64,000 nt of DNA from Eledone cirrhosa. Lineage: Eukaryota. Of this stretch, positions 22,174-34,490 are shown one piece after another; the first letter of the stretch is position 1, and every line of letters begins with the position of its first letter. The notes under the pieces are model-generated. The model was not told where the DNA came from. It did not search any database and worked only from the letters and a program-made list of their open reading frames with translations. The position numbers and the translations under genes are program-made. Location: NCBI GenBank assembly GCA_964016885.1, contig OZ024747.1:69378001-69442000 (forward strand), in the 5' to 3' direction.

Positions 22174-22597
22174 ATCTGCATGATGTGGAAAATGTTCCAT
22201 CATCACTGCCCAAATGATGTTGGCATCGCCTTCAAGATACACCCAAGGCTTGGGCCCCGTGCTATCCGTCCCATACAAAAATCTAAATCACAACTCATAA
22301 CAACAATACGGTACAATTATTTCACCACAATTGGCCCTGCTCTCTTCAACATCACACCAGGACACGTCAAAACAGAAACTGACCACACAAAATTCAAGAA
22401 GTCTTTGGACAAATTCCTCCAAGTAATCCCGGACAAACCACCCACACCCGGATATGTCTCCGCAAACAGTAATTCTCTTCTCGAATGGGCCATGGTGCCC
22501 AAATCCTGAATTCAAAGACTTCGCCAGGTGGTGCTATTAAGTTAGACATGGCCTGGGCCAATACTGGCCAAAACATTTCAAAGTTATTCAAAGTTAT
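22168..22597 (+). mobile_element. CR1-group LINE copy 2 (3'-terminal ~430 nt)
   Basis: ORF 22180-22509 matches the C-terminal 109 aa of copies 1 and 3 with 2-4 substitutions; same tail. Confidence 0.92.
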
Positions 22598-22797
22598 NNN
22601 NNNNNNNNNNNNNNNNNNNNNNNNNNNNNNNNNNNNNNNNNNNNNNNNNNNNNNNNNNNNNNNNNNNNNNNNNNNNNNNNNNNNNNNNNNNNNNNNNNNN
22701 NNNNNNNNNNNNNNNNNNNNNNNNNNNNNNNNNNNNNNNNNNNNNNNNNNNNNNNNNNNNNNNNNNNNNNNNNNNNNNNNNNNNNNNNNNNNNNNNN
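22598..22797. other. Assembly gap (200 N)
   Basis: Run of n. Confidence 1.
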
Positions 22798-25700
22798 ATG
22801 TTTTGGCCAGTATTGGCCCAGGCCATGTCTAACTTAATAGCACCACCTGGCGAAGTCTTTCAATTCAGGATTTGGGCACCATGGCCCATTCGAGAAGAGA
22901 ATTACTGTTTGCGGAGACATATCCGGGTGTGGGTGGTTTGTCCGGGATTACTTGGAGGAATTTGTCCAAAGACTTCTTGAATCTTGTGTGGTCAGTTTCT
23001 GTTTTGACGTGTCCTGGTGTGATGTTGAAGAGAGCAGGGCCGATTGAGGTGAAATAATTGTGCCGTATTGTTGTTATGAGTTGCGATTTAGATTTTTGAA
23101 TGGGACGGATAGCACGGGGCCCAAGCCTTGGGTGTATCTTGAAGGCGATGCCAACATCATTTGGGCAGTGATGATGCAACATTTTCCACATCATGCAGAT
23201 AATATAACGCTCACGGCGACGTTGGAGTGAGTAAAGTTTCAGGTTTTCCAATCGACCCCAGTAGTCAAGGTCTGACATGCCATCTATCTTTTTCGTGATT
23301 GCCCTTTGAGGAGCTTCAAGTTTCATGATACTTTGTTTCGTGTGGGGAGACCACAGTGGACAACAGTATTCAAGGTGTGGTCGGGCGAAAGTAGAGAAGA
23401 GAAGGATAATGGTGCGGGAATCTCTCGACTGGAAGGTTCTGAGGATCCAGGAACACATTCTGCGGGCCATGTCAACTTTGCTGCTTATATGCGTGGTCCA
23501 GCTTATGTTGCTGTCCACGGTTACTCCCAAGTCTCTGATGTTGTTAGATGCCACGAGAGTTTCCCCGGAGGGAAGGGAGTACGGGAGTTTCAGAGCATCC
23601 TCTTTTACAAAATGGATCAGTTCGAATTTGTCTTCGTTCAGTAACATGTTGTTCTTTTCTGCCCATTGGGTAACAGCCAGTAGGTCTGACTGAAGGCTTA
23701 TCCGGTCATCCACGCCATTGATGACCTTTTGGAGCTTGGAATCATCAGCGAAAATTTTAATGTTGCTGTGTTTGATGATGTCAGTGATGTCATTAATATA
23801 GATGATGAAGAGAAGTGGGCCCAACACAGTGCCTTGTGGGACTCCACTACTGACTTTGGCTGGGCTTGATTTGACTCCCTCAACTACAACATGTTGGGTT
23901 CTGTTTGACAGGAAGCTCTTGATCCACTGCAGCAGCTTTCCAGTGACACCAATATTGGACAGCTTTCTCAGTAGAATGTTATGATCAACCCTGTCAAAGG
24001 CCTTGCTGAAATCAAGGTAGATAACATCAGTGTTGGAACCCTCTCCCAAGGCTCTCAAAATGTCATCAAAGTGATGCAGTAGTTGCGTCAGGCAATCCCT
24101 TCCATTACGGAATCCATGCTGGTTGGAGTTCAGCATATTGTTACTCTCAAGGAAGTGGGTCATTCGCGATCTCACCACTCGCTCAAATACCTTAATGATA
24201 TGAGAGGTGAGTGAGATTGGACGGTAATTCACGGCAAGGGATTTGTTTCCCTTTTTGAAAACTGGGACAACAGACTGGGATAGAAGGTTTTCTGGCACAT
24301 ATCCAGCATCCAGTGAGTTCCGCCACAGATTGGCAAGAGGAGAAGCAAGTTGGTGTTGACACGCCTTCAAGACACAAGCAAGGAACCTATCGGGACCTAC
24401 TGCTGAATTATGTTTGATTTCCTTTATTGCCGCCAAGACATCAGGGGCGCCAAACGTTATGTCCGATAAGGTGTAATGGGGAGTAACATCGCCGATACAG
24501 CCCAGATCGGCCATATCAGGATTGCTGAAAACAGAGCAGTATTGTTTCTGCAGTATCTCACCCATGGTTTTAGCATTGTCTTGAAGAGTGCCATTTTCAT
24601 CAATTAGAGGGCCAACAGTAGAGCCAGTGATTTTGTGTTTTTTTTGCAAATGAAAAGAACACTTTGGGATTGAGTTTGATCTTCTCAATGGCCCAGGCCT
24701 CTTCAGCTCTTCTCTGATTGTTGATGAGGGACATTATGTTGTTTTGGAGGTTATGTTTTTTAATCTCTAGTGATGAAATGGCAGTCAAGTTGATGTGTTG
24801 CTGCTGACAGTATTTCAGCTTGTTGATTTTTTTGTTCGTTCTCTTAATTTTTCTGATGAGTGTTTTTCTATTTCTAGGGATTCTGCTCTTAGATTTGTTT
24901 ATAGTTCTTAATGGGGTGTGTTTAGCACATATGTTTGTAACAGTGTCCACAAAAGTCTGCCAGGACTTTTTGATGTTAGTGGGTGTATGAGTGTGCGTGA
25001 AGGACCAGTCGACATGTGCAAGATCATGACTGATCGCTTCCCAGTTTGCATTGTGGAAATCCATAGCGTCAAACGGATGGACAGGAGAAATGACATTGGG
25101 TTTGTATATTGGACGGTGGAATCTCAGATCACAGAGAACCATGTCATGATCAGAGAGTAGAGTTTTCTCCACTGCAATATTGTGGATATTGTCAGTGTGA
25201 TTGCTGAAAATTAAGTCTAGGACGTTTTTGTGGCACCTCGTTGGTTCGAGCACTAGTTGGGATAGGAAGAAATCATCCATGAAGTCAAGAAGCGATTCCA
25301 CAGCTTCCCTGTCAGAGGTTGAGGCAGAAGAACCTGGTGGCAGGGTGTTTGTGGACCAGTCAACTCCGGGGAGGTTGAAGTCCCCCATCATTAAGATGTT
25401 GTCAGGGTGACACTCTTGGATGAAACACTTTATGCTGTTGAGGCATTCCTTGAAGCATGGTACAGGCGTTTGGGGTGGCCTATAGAGCCCAACTACTAAT
25501 AGGTTGTTGGTTTGACTGAATACAGTGACTGCCTCACAGTATCCATTAGTGAATATGTTCATAGCCTCTGTTGAGAAAGAATTATGGACATAAATGGCAG
25601 TTCCGCCCTTTCTTCTGCCAGCGCGATCAGCACGGATGGCTTTGAAATTTTTCACTTTCACCTCGGCTTCCAAGTGGAGGTTACTGAGATGGGTTTCAGT

Positions 25701-25954
25701 GAGGACGAAGAAAGGGATGTGGTTTGGATGGACATCAATCCAGTCCTCCAGGAATTTGATCTTCGATTTTTGAGTATTGGTGGAAGGGCTGATGCCTTGG
25801 GCGTTAAGCAAAAATGTAGAGGCGAGAGTGGATGGTTTTAATTGTTTTGGTGTGTTGTTAATTTGTTTGTTTGTTAATGGCAGCAATGGGAGTTTGTGCA
25901 GTGGGGTGATAGTGGAGGGTGGTGCTGGGTGATAGCTCGAATGTTTTTTTCCAG
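22798..25954 (-). mobile_element. CR1-group LINE copy 3, essentially complete ORF2 (APE endonuclease + RT), no ORF1
   Basis: APE motifs [41 protein letters not shown] and SDH, followed by RT; 5' end abuts TA. Confidence 0.93.
22865..25954 (-). pseudogene. LINE ORF2 split by a 1-nt frameshift in a T homopolymer at ~24638-24645
   Basis: 8 T here versus 7 T in copy 1 (10110-10116); ORFs 24600-26627 and 22865-24688 join. May be a sequencing error. Confidence 0.85.
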
Positions 25955-25983
25955 TATATATACATATACATATATATATATAC

Positions 25984-26032
<49 letters not shown>

Positions 26033-26309
26033 CATATATATATATAGATATATATATATACATATATATATATACATATATATATATACATATACATATA
26101 TATATATACATATATATATATATACATATATATATATACATATATATATATACATATATATATATACATATATATATATACATATATATATATACATATA
26201 TATATATACATATATATATATACATATATATATATACATATATATATATACATATATATACATACATATATATATATACATATATATATATACATATATA
26301 TATATATAC

Positions 26310-26340
<31 letters not shown>

Positions 26341-26438
26341 CATATATATACATACATATATATATATACATATATATACATATATATATATATATATACA
26401 TATATATACATACGTATATATATATACATATATATACA

Positions 26439-26470
<32 letters not shown>

Positions 26471-26519
26471 CATATATATATATACATATATATACATATA
26501 TATATATAAATATATATAC

Positions 26520-26566
<47 letters not shown>

Positions 26567-26609
26567 TATACATATATATATATACATATATATACATATA
26601 TATATATAC

Positions 26610-26640
<31 letters not shown>

Positions 26641-26744
26641 CATATATATACATATATATATATATATATACATATATATACATATATATATACATATATA
26701 TATATGTATATATATATATATATGTATATATATGTATATATATG

Positions 26745-26778
<34 letters not shown>

Positions 26779-26908
26779 AAATTAATATATATATATATAT
26801 ATTAATTTTATATTTATATATATATATATGTATATATATGTATATATATATATATGTATATATATATGTATATATATGTATATATATATATATATATGTA
26901 TATATATG

Positions 26909-26939
<31 letters not shown>

Positions 26940-26982
26940 GTATATATATATATGTATATATATGTATATATATATATGTATA

Positions 26983-27029
<47 letters not shown>

Positions 27030-27206
27030 GTATATATATTTATATATATATATGTATATATATGTATATATATATATGTATATATATATGTGTATATATA
27101 TATATATATGTATATATATGTATATATATATATGTATGTATATATATGTATATATATATATATATATGTATATATATGTATATATATATATGTATGTATA
27201 TATATG

Positions 27207-27237
<31 letters not shown>

Positions 27238-27526
27238 GTATATATATATATATGTATATATATATATGTATATATATATATGTATGTATATATATGTATA
27301 TATATATATGTATATATATATATGTATATATATATATGTATATATATATATGTATATATATATATGTATATATATATATGTATATATATATATGTATATA
27401 TATATATGTATATATATATATGTATATATACATATGTATATATATATATGTATATATATATATGTATATGTATATATATATATGTATATATATATATGTA
27501 TATATATATATGTATATATATATATG

Positions 27527-27593
<67 letters not shown>

Positions 27594-27642
27594 GTATATA
27601 TATATGTATATATATATGTATATATATATATGTATATATATG

Positions 27643-27694
<52 letters not shown>

Positions 27695-27705
27695 TATATG
27701 TATAT
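25955..27705. repeat. (TA)n tract with polarity switch (TACA to TATG) and an internal inverted duplication
   Basis: Switch near 26700; mirrored marker bases (TAAAT ~26508 versus ATTTA ~27039). Confidence 0.85.
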
Positions 27706-29516
27706 AGTTAACCTTAATATTATTAAGAACAATATACGTAATCTCTTTAACCAACATAACCTAAAAATCGAATTTGATAATAGTATCAAACTAGCTAATT
27801 TCTTGGATGTATCTCTTAATCTTGACACTGGCCTATATTACCCTTACCATAAAAACAATGAGAACCTAAATTATGTTAAATTTAAATCTAACCATCCTAC
27901 CAATATCAAGAATGCTATAGTTAGTAATATTGGAAAAAGAATATCTAACATATCCTCTAATAAAAACATCTTTGATGCTAACGCCAATTACTATAATAAC
28001 GCACTTTCTAAAGCCGGCTATCCAGATAAAATCAAATATAGTAAAGAAACAAATTCTAGAAAAACTTACAGTAGAATAATTAATCATGATCATTCCAATA
28101 ATTTTAATAAAAGACCTAGATACAAAAACATAATCTGGTATAATGCTCCTTTCTCCATCTCTATTAATAACAATATTCCTAAATTATTTTTTAGTGCCTT
28201 AAATGCTTCCCTCCCTCATATATCTATAGTAAAATATTTAACAAACACACCATCAAATTTTCTTATTCCACATCCTCCAATATTTCCAACATCATCTCTA
28301 AACACAACAATAAAATACTAAATACTAAATCTCTTCCTTCCAACATTGAATTTCATAATAACAGTAATAGTACTCCCGACGTCATTGTAAACCCTAGGCT
28401 AACTTCTGTAAACCCAAATACAACGTCAAACACAACTTCGCTAAATGTTCATAATCCAACTCTAAATCAAGAAACTATTATTCCTATTATTCCTATCGCA
28501 AACAACTTCTCCAATCCAATTCCTTCTATAGATAACACTAGGTCACGCATTAATAATCTCTCTAATTGCAACTGCCGCATTAAAAATAAATGTCCTCCTC
28601 AACAACCATTGTCTCGATAAAAACTTAATTTATGAACGTAAAATTATAACTAGCACCAATTCCTTCACCTATTTTGGCTCCACTTCCACCTCTTTTAAGC
28701 TCGTCTTTATAATCATCATTCATCTTTCAAATACAAACTTAAAAGAACCAACACTGCTCTCTCAGAACTCATATGGTCCTTAAAAGACAAAAACATTAAA
28801 TATACCATCTTTTGGAAGAAGATTTCTTCTGCATCCTCATACTTGAACAGCTCTCTATCTAAAATCTGTAATCTCTGCCTAAATGAAAAATTTACCATTA
28901 TCTCTAACCTAGATTCTATAATAAATAGACGTACAGATTTGTTTTCTATCCGCCTGCATAAATTCCATAGAACTTTTCACAAAGTATACAGTTAATATTC
29001 AATTCTTTATCAATTTAGAATCTTTTCTCAAAGGCACATATACATACACCTCTTTAAAATATACCCATCTTCCTACCATACTTTAAAGGGCATTATACAC
29101 TCTATAATACTTGTTTACTCATTACCCTCATTCTATCTTCACCTTGTAAAATCCTTCATAACATATACATTTGTTTTTTGACGTTAGAATATTCATCCGC
29201 AATCATTATTTTTTTTCTCTCTATCATAAATCTTTTTAATCTCAATTTCATCCTTAATTTATTATTTTTTTCTCCCCATCAACGAACTCATTCTTAATAC
29301 ATATTAACTCTTTATTCGCATATATTATCAATTCCCCCAATATACAAACTTTAACTTCACATTATTTTTCTCAAATCCTTCTACACACAAACCTTAAAAA
29401 TTTTTCTCTTCGTTAATTTTGAAATTGCCACAATTCTTATCAACATACCCTTTTTTGGCGTTAGAATATTCATCCACAATTATTATTTCTTCTCTCTATC
29501 TTCATACATAAATTCC

Positions 29517-29920
29517 CTTCGTTAATTTTCAAATTCCTTTAATTTATACATTATCTTCCAACGGTTCTCCACCTCTCTATGTAAAACAATATATCTTTCT
29601 CTCAGTTATAAAAACTATCTCTTTCTCTCTATCACCCATCTCTCCCTCTCCACCTTCACTCTCATCTCCTCCCCCTTTTTTCATCCTTTCCACCCCCCCT
29701 CCCTAAATAAAATACTTTTTCCTCGCACATATCCTCCTTTCGTTAATTTTCAAATTTTTTTTAATTTATACATTATCTTCCAACGGTTTTCAACCTCTCT
29801 ATGTAAAACAATATATCTCCTCTCAGTTATAAAAACTATCTCTTTCTCTCTATCACCCATCTCTCCCTCTCATCTCCTCCTCTTTTTCATCCTTCCCCCC
29901 CCTCTCTAAATAAAATATTT
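29517..29920 (+). repeat. ~220-bp direct duplication in the PLE 3' UTR
   Basis: TTCGTTAATTTTCAAAT...TAAATAAAATA at ~29517-29712 and ~29738-29917. Confidence 0.8.
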
Positions 29921-30017
29921 TTCCCAATATCACACATCAATCTAAAACCACTTTTCATATGTTGATTTAAAACTGCACTATCCACAAGTGTTTTTTAGCC
30001 TTCATATCATGTTCTCC

Positions 30018-30088
30018 TGTTGTATCTGATGAAAACACAAATATTATTGCATGATGATGTTTGTTTTTGAAATGCGCATAATAAAATA
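30018..30088 (+). ncRNA. Type I hammerhead ribozyme in the PLE pLTR
   Basis: TGTTGTAT-CTGATGA-long stem II (ACAAATATTATT gcat GATGATGTTTGT, with G-U pairs)-GAAA-TGCGCA-TA^ATAAAATA. Confidence 0.8.
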
Positions 30089-30089
30089 C

Positions 30090-30632
30090 ATGACTGACGC
30101 TTAAACAATTAAGTTAAAAGTGTACATCCACATATGTATACTGAAATACCAGTATGCATATAAATACACACACGTATACATATGTACATGTACCGAGTTT
30201 TTCACTGGACACTTTACTGTGAGTGTCCAGCTAGTCTGTATGTAACCAAACAGACAAACCGGTTTTTAGAGTCATACGGGTTTTCAAGGAAACACCTTTC
30301 CTCTATTCTCCAGAGAGCCAGACAGGAATATTGGACTAGTTTCGCTGGCTCACTGGAGAATAGAGGAAAGGTATTTCCTTGAAAACCCGTATGACTCTAA
30401 AAACCGGTTTGTCTGTTTGGTTACATACAGACTAGCTGGACACCCACAGTAAAGTGTCCAGTGAAAAACTCGGTACATGTACATATGTATACGTGTGTGT
30501 ATTTATATGCATACTAGTATTTCAGTATACATATGTGGATGTACACTTTTAACTTAATTGTTTAAGCGTCAGTCATACAAAAGTGAGTTACAAACGAAAC
30601 GAAATTTAATTTCGTTTCGTTATTTGTTTTTA
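30090..30632. mobile_element. Fold-back copy of the ~465-nt retrozyme-like family (diverged variant)
   Basis: Left arm 30090-30344 ends in a half HHR (GGACTAGTTTCG); right arm 30345-30632 is inverted; several substitutions versus 19541-21312. Confidence 0.87.
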
Positions 30633-30650
30633 TATATATATATATATAAA

Positions 30651-30691
<41 letters not shown>

Positions 30692-30718
30692 AAATATATA
30701 TATATATATATGTATAAA

Positions 30719-30779
<61 letters not shown>

Positions 30780-31142
30780 GTATAAATATATGTATATATA
30801 TATATATATATATATGTATAAATATATGTATATATATATATATATGTATAAATATATGTATATATATATGTATAAATATATGTATATATATATATATGTA
30901 TAAATATATGTATATATATATATGTATAAATATATGTATATATATATATATATGTATAAATATATGTATATATATATATATATGTATAAATATATGTATA
31001 TATATATATATATATGTATAAATATATGTTTATATATATATGTATAAATATATGTATATATATATATATATGTATAAATATATGTTTATATATATATATA
31101 TATATATGTATAAATATATGTTTATATATATATATGTATAAA

Positions 31143-31203
<61 letters not shown>

Positions 31204-31230
31204 AAATATATGTATATATATATATATATA
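30633..31230. repeat. (TA)n tract with TGTATAAATA subunits
   Basis: Directly visible; the same subunit recurs at 36655-37107 and 37662-38415. Confidence 0.9.
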
Positions 31231-31367
31231 TTAGAAAGTGAGGTTTTTTTACAAAATGAAAAATAACCGAGGTGTCCTACACGAGTGGAAGTATAAAGAG
31301 AAAGGGATGAAATCGAAAATGCAACTGAAGTCTTATTTTTAAAAAAAATATATATATTTATTTGGTT

Positions 31368-31405
31368 CCTTTACCGGTTTCGCAGTTCTTCTGCTTTTCT
31401 AAAGG
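31368..31405 (-). ncRNA. Decayed hammerhead ribozyme relic
   Basis: Minus strand CCTT-TAGAAAA-GCAG aagaa CTGC-GAAA-CCGG-TA^AAGG followed by AATAAA; all three stems intact, CUGAnGA box has 3 substitutions. Confidence 0.55.
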
Positions 31406-31540
31406 TGAGTTGAGATGGAGGGTCTGTGGTTTTTCTCACATATATATATATATATATATGTATAAATATATGTATATATGTATAAATATATGTATATATA
31501 TATATTTATATATATGTATAAATATATGTATATATATATA

Positions 31541-34490
31541 TGGAAAGTTATATTTAAATTGTTGGGTTACAACTAGTAAATATTTATAACTGATATAAAA
31601 GCACTCAACAAGTATTTGGAGTATATTTACGATATTAAATAAATGGAAACTATATTTATAAAACCATATTTATTTCATTATATATATTTCAGGGATATCA
31701 TATTAACAATATGTTATGCCTTCTTCAGACAAAATACAATATAGACAGTTTTATAGATAAATAGATTTGACATACCGTTCAACATCGACTTGTATTTGAA
31801 AAAGTTGATTTGGCAGTGAAAAATTGTAAACAGAAAGAAAGAAAGAAAGAAAGAAGGAAAGAAAGAAAGAAAACGAAGAAAAAGAAGAAAAAGAAGAAAT
31901 GCATGCAACAAAATAGAGAGATGGAAAGATAGATAAAGAGAAGAACTTCATGTAAAGAAACAGAGAGAGATATATAGAGAGAGGAAATAGATAGAGATAG
32001 ATATATATAGAGAAAAGTAGGTAGTTGAACGACGTATCAATGATACATTTATTTATTTATTTATTTATTTAGCTCTAGTATTAATGTAATGGAGATATAT
32101 GTGGTTAGGAAGGAACCAGCCGTTATATATAGAGAAAAATGAAAAGTAACCAGACATAGGCGAGGCTGAATTTAAAAACCCTATGTTTTAATGTAGAAAT
32201 ATTAGTTCGTATAAAAACCAGGCACTATAATGTAAATATCAGTATTCCTGAATGAGACACGTATCTATAATGTGTGAAAAGTAATGATCTTATGTCTAGT
32301 TTTAAAAATTCATATGTTTATATGATAACTACAAACATCGATGTGAATTTACGTGATCAACTCTGCAAACCCCTATTTCACACGGAGAACATTCTCATTG
32401 TGCTATAAAAATTTAAGTATACATATATATGTATATATACACATATATATAGAGTCTATATTAATTTTAACAATACTATTCTTGTCTTTACTCTACATGA
32501 TTATCTATCAAGCAGAAATAGAGGACAGATTTCAATATATTAATAAAAATATCAGAAACAAAAACAAAAATAATAATAATAATAATAATAATAAACAAAT
32601 AAATAAAATAGAAAACTAAAAAATATTACATATTAAAAATGAAAATATTAAAAATATTAAAAAATATTAAAAAATATTAAAATAATAAAAATAAAAACAT
32701 AATATGCCACGCAAATCGACCACAAAGATCAACCCTTCAAAATTAATTGACAATATATTGCCAAGTTCATTATAAGCATCAGAGTCGAAAACAGATAAAG
32801 CTAAAAATTATTTACCAAATCGCGTCTAGCAGAAATCATTTCAAAAGTTTAGGATGCCCATTTGGTCTACATATGTTCTTATATTTAATATAGAAGTTTA
32901 TCTAGTGTAACGTTTATTCGATATATTTGGAGCATCAACTTTTAGGGTAGTTTAATTTTTCATGAAGAATGTTTAAAATAAAAATAAAAATAAAAAGAAG
33001 AATAAAAAGAAGAAATCGAAAGATTTATCGGCTAGTTTCCCAAATAATTACAAATCAAACTAAATATACTACATTTTAAATTTAAATTTATATTTAAAAG
33101 TTGAGTTCAATCTATGTTTGCAGCAACTGAATAAATTTGTCCATAGATTAAGGGAATTTTTAGATTTTAGTATAAAGAATATCTCCGCCGCGCAGAGGTC
33201 ACATGTCTCAGAGGATGAATTAAAAGGTATCCCTCTTGAGACTATATTCCAAGCCGTCGAATATCTAACGTTATCTTGCCTAAGTTGCCAGAGTACGCCT
33301 GATAGTGCTGTTTAAGATTTTTTGCTTGGATCTGTGAAAGAATTCTTGTGGTTATTATAGCGAAGTTTAAATTCCGTCGATGTGGAACCGACGTAGTTAA
33401 AAGAATTAGAGTCCGTTTTAACATTACATTTGTATATTATATTTTTAACTAAGCAGTTGTTATTTAACGGACATTTAGATCTATCTCTACAGTTACATTT
33501 GTTAACTTGTATATTATTTATGCTATTATCGCTAGGTTTTAAGTTCCTATTATTTATTCTATTAATATTTTGTGCTAAATTTTTGGTGGATGAGTAGGTT
33601 AATTTTATAGTATGTCTATTGAAAATTGAGTGATACCTATGTGTTCTAGGGAAGCGATTATCAAGAGCTTTAAAAAATAGTTTAGCGATGTGGGTTTTAA
33701 TGTTTAGTGAGAAAGGGGGGGCAAACCATATTATGTTCCTAGTTCTATTTCTTTTTTGGCTTTTGGAATTATTGTAATGCTTTCTATTATAGTTGTTAAG
33801 GTTGTGGCCGTAATTAAAATAGTTGTTATTTTGTTTAGTTTGTCTATCATTATCTATGTACATAATTTTATCACTATATCCTGCTCTAGCTAACGCTTCA
33901 TTGTAGTACTGGGCTTTTTCGTCGAAAATCTTTCTATTAGACGAGATTCTAGAGATACGTTTTTGAACAGAGTTTACTATAGTGTTTTTGACAGATCTGG
34001 GGTGGTTAGAGTTAAAGTTGACATAGTTTAAGTTTTCATTCAACTTGTGAAATGGATAGTGAAGACATGTGTTGAGATTTAATGTTATATCTAGGAAATT
34101 GACTATTCTATGGTTGTTCTCATTTTCTATTTTTAGATTAAAGTAATTAAAAAATTGTGTAATTTGTTTTCTTTTTCTATTTAGTTCAGAGTTATTATTA
34201 TCAATAAGTAAAAGCATGTCATCTCTATATAAACCTCCGGTAGTACCAGGTATTTTCCTATGTAGCGAATTGATTAAAAATAAGCCCACAAGGTCAGTTA
34301 CCTGAGCTGAGTCGGATGATCCCATAGTAATGTCAAAATTGCTATCTCTATCTGCTCTGGTCCATAGTTGGTCATTAAATTCAATCAATGTTTTCCTAGC
34401 CGATAATATAATGTGCATTTCATTGCTATTTAGGTCTGTATGTTTGAATGCGTAATTTAGTGCCTTATTTAGTAGATTAGGGGTAATAGA
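31541..34490 (-). mobile_element. Penelope-like element (Hydra-clade-like), 5'-truncated; left arm of an inverted pair
   Basis: RT FDITMGSSDSAQVTDLVGL, GLYRDDML, NFLDITLNL, SNHP; EN CNCRDRSKCPL..CL..IIY..YVGSTSTEFKLRYNNHKNSF; long 3' UTR with an HHR at 31664-31744. Confidence 0.9.
33080..34490 (-). pseudogene. PLE RT/GIY-YIG ORF with an in-frame TAA at 33312-33314
   Basis: The frame continues past the stop: TALSGVLWQL..WNIV..TCDLCAAEIFFIL..LFSCCKHR; end coordinate approximate. Confidence 0.85.

Larger units (their letters stand above)
27706..30090 (+). mobile_element. Penelope-like element (Hydra-clade-like), 5'-truncated and frameshifted
   Basis: [71 protein letters not shown]; stop ~28995; 3' UTR ends in an HHR + AATAAA. 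Confidence 0.88.

Noticed and set aside
33312-33314. Programmed recoding (selenocysteine) of the PLE in-frame stop
   Set aside because: The codon is TAA, not TGA, and the related PLE at 28.7 kb has a sense codon at this position.
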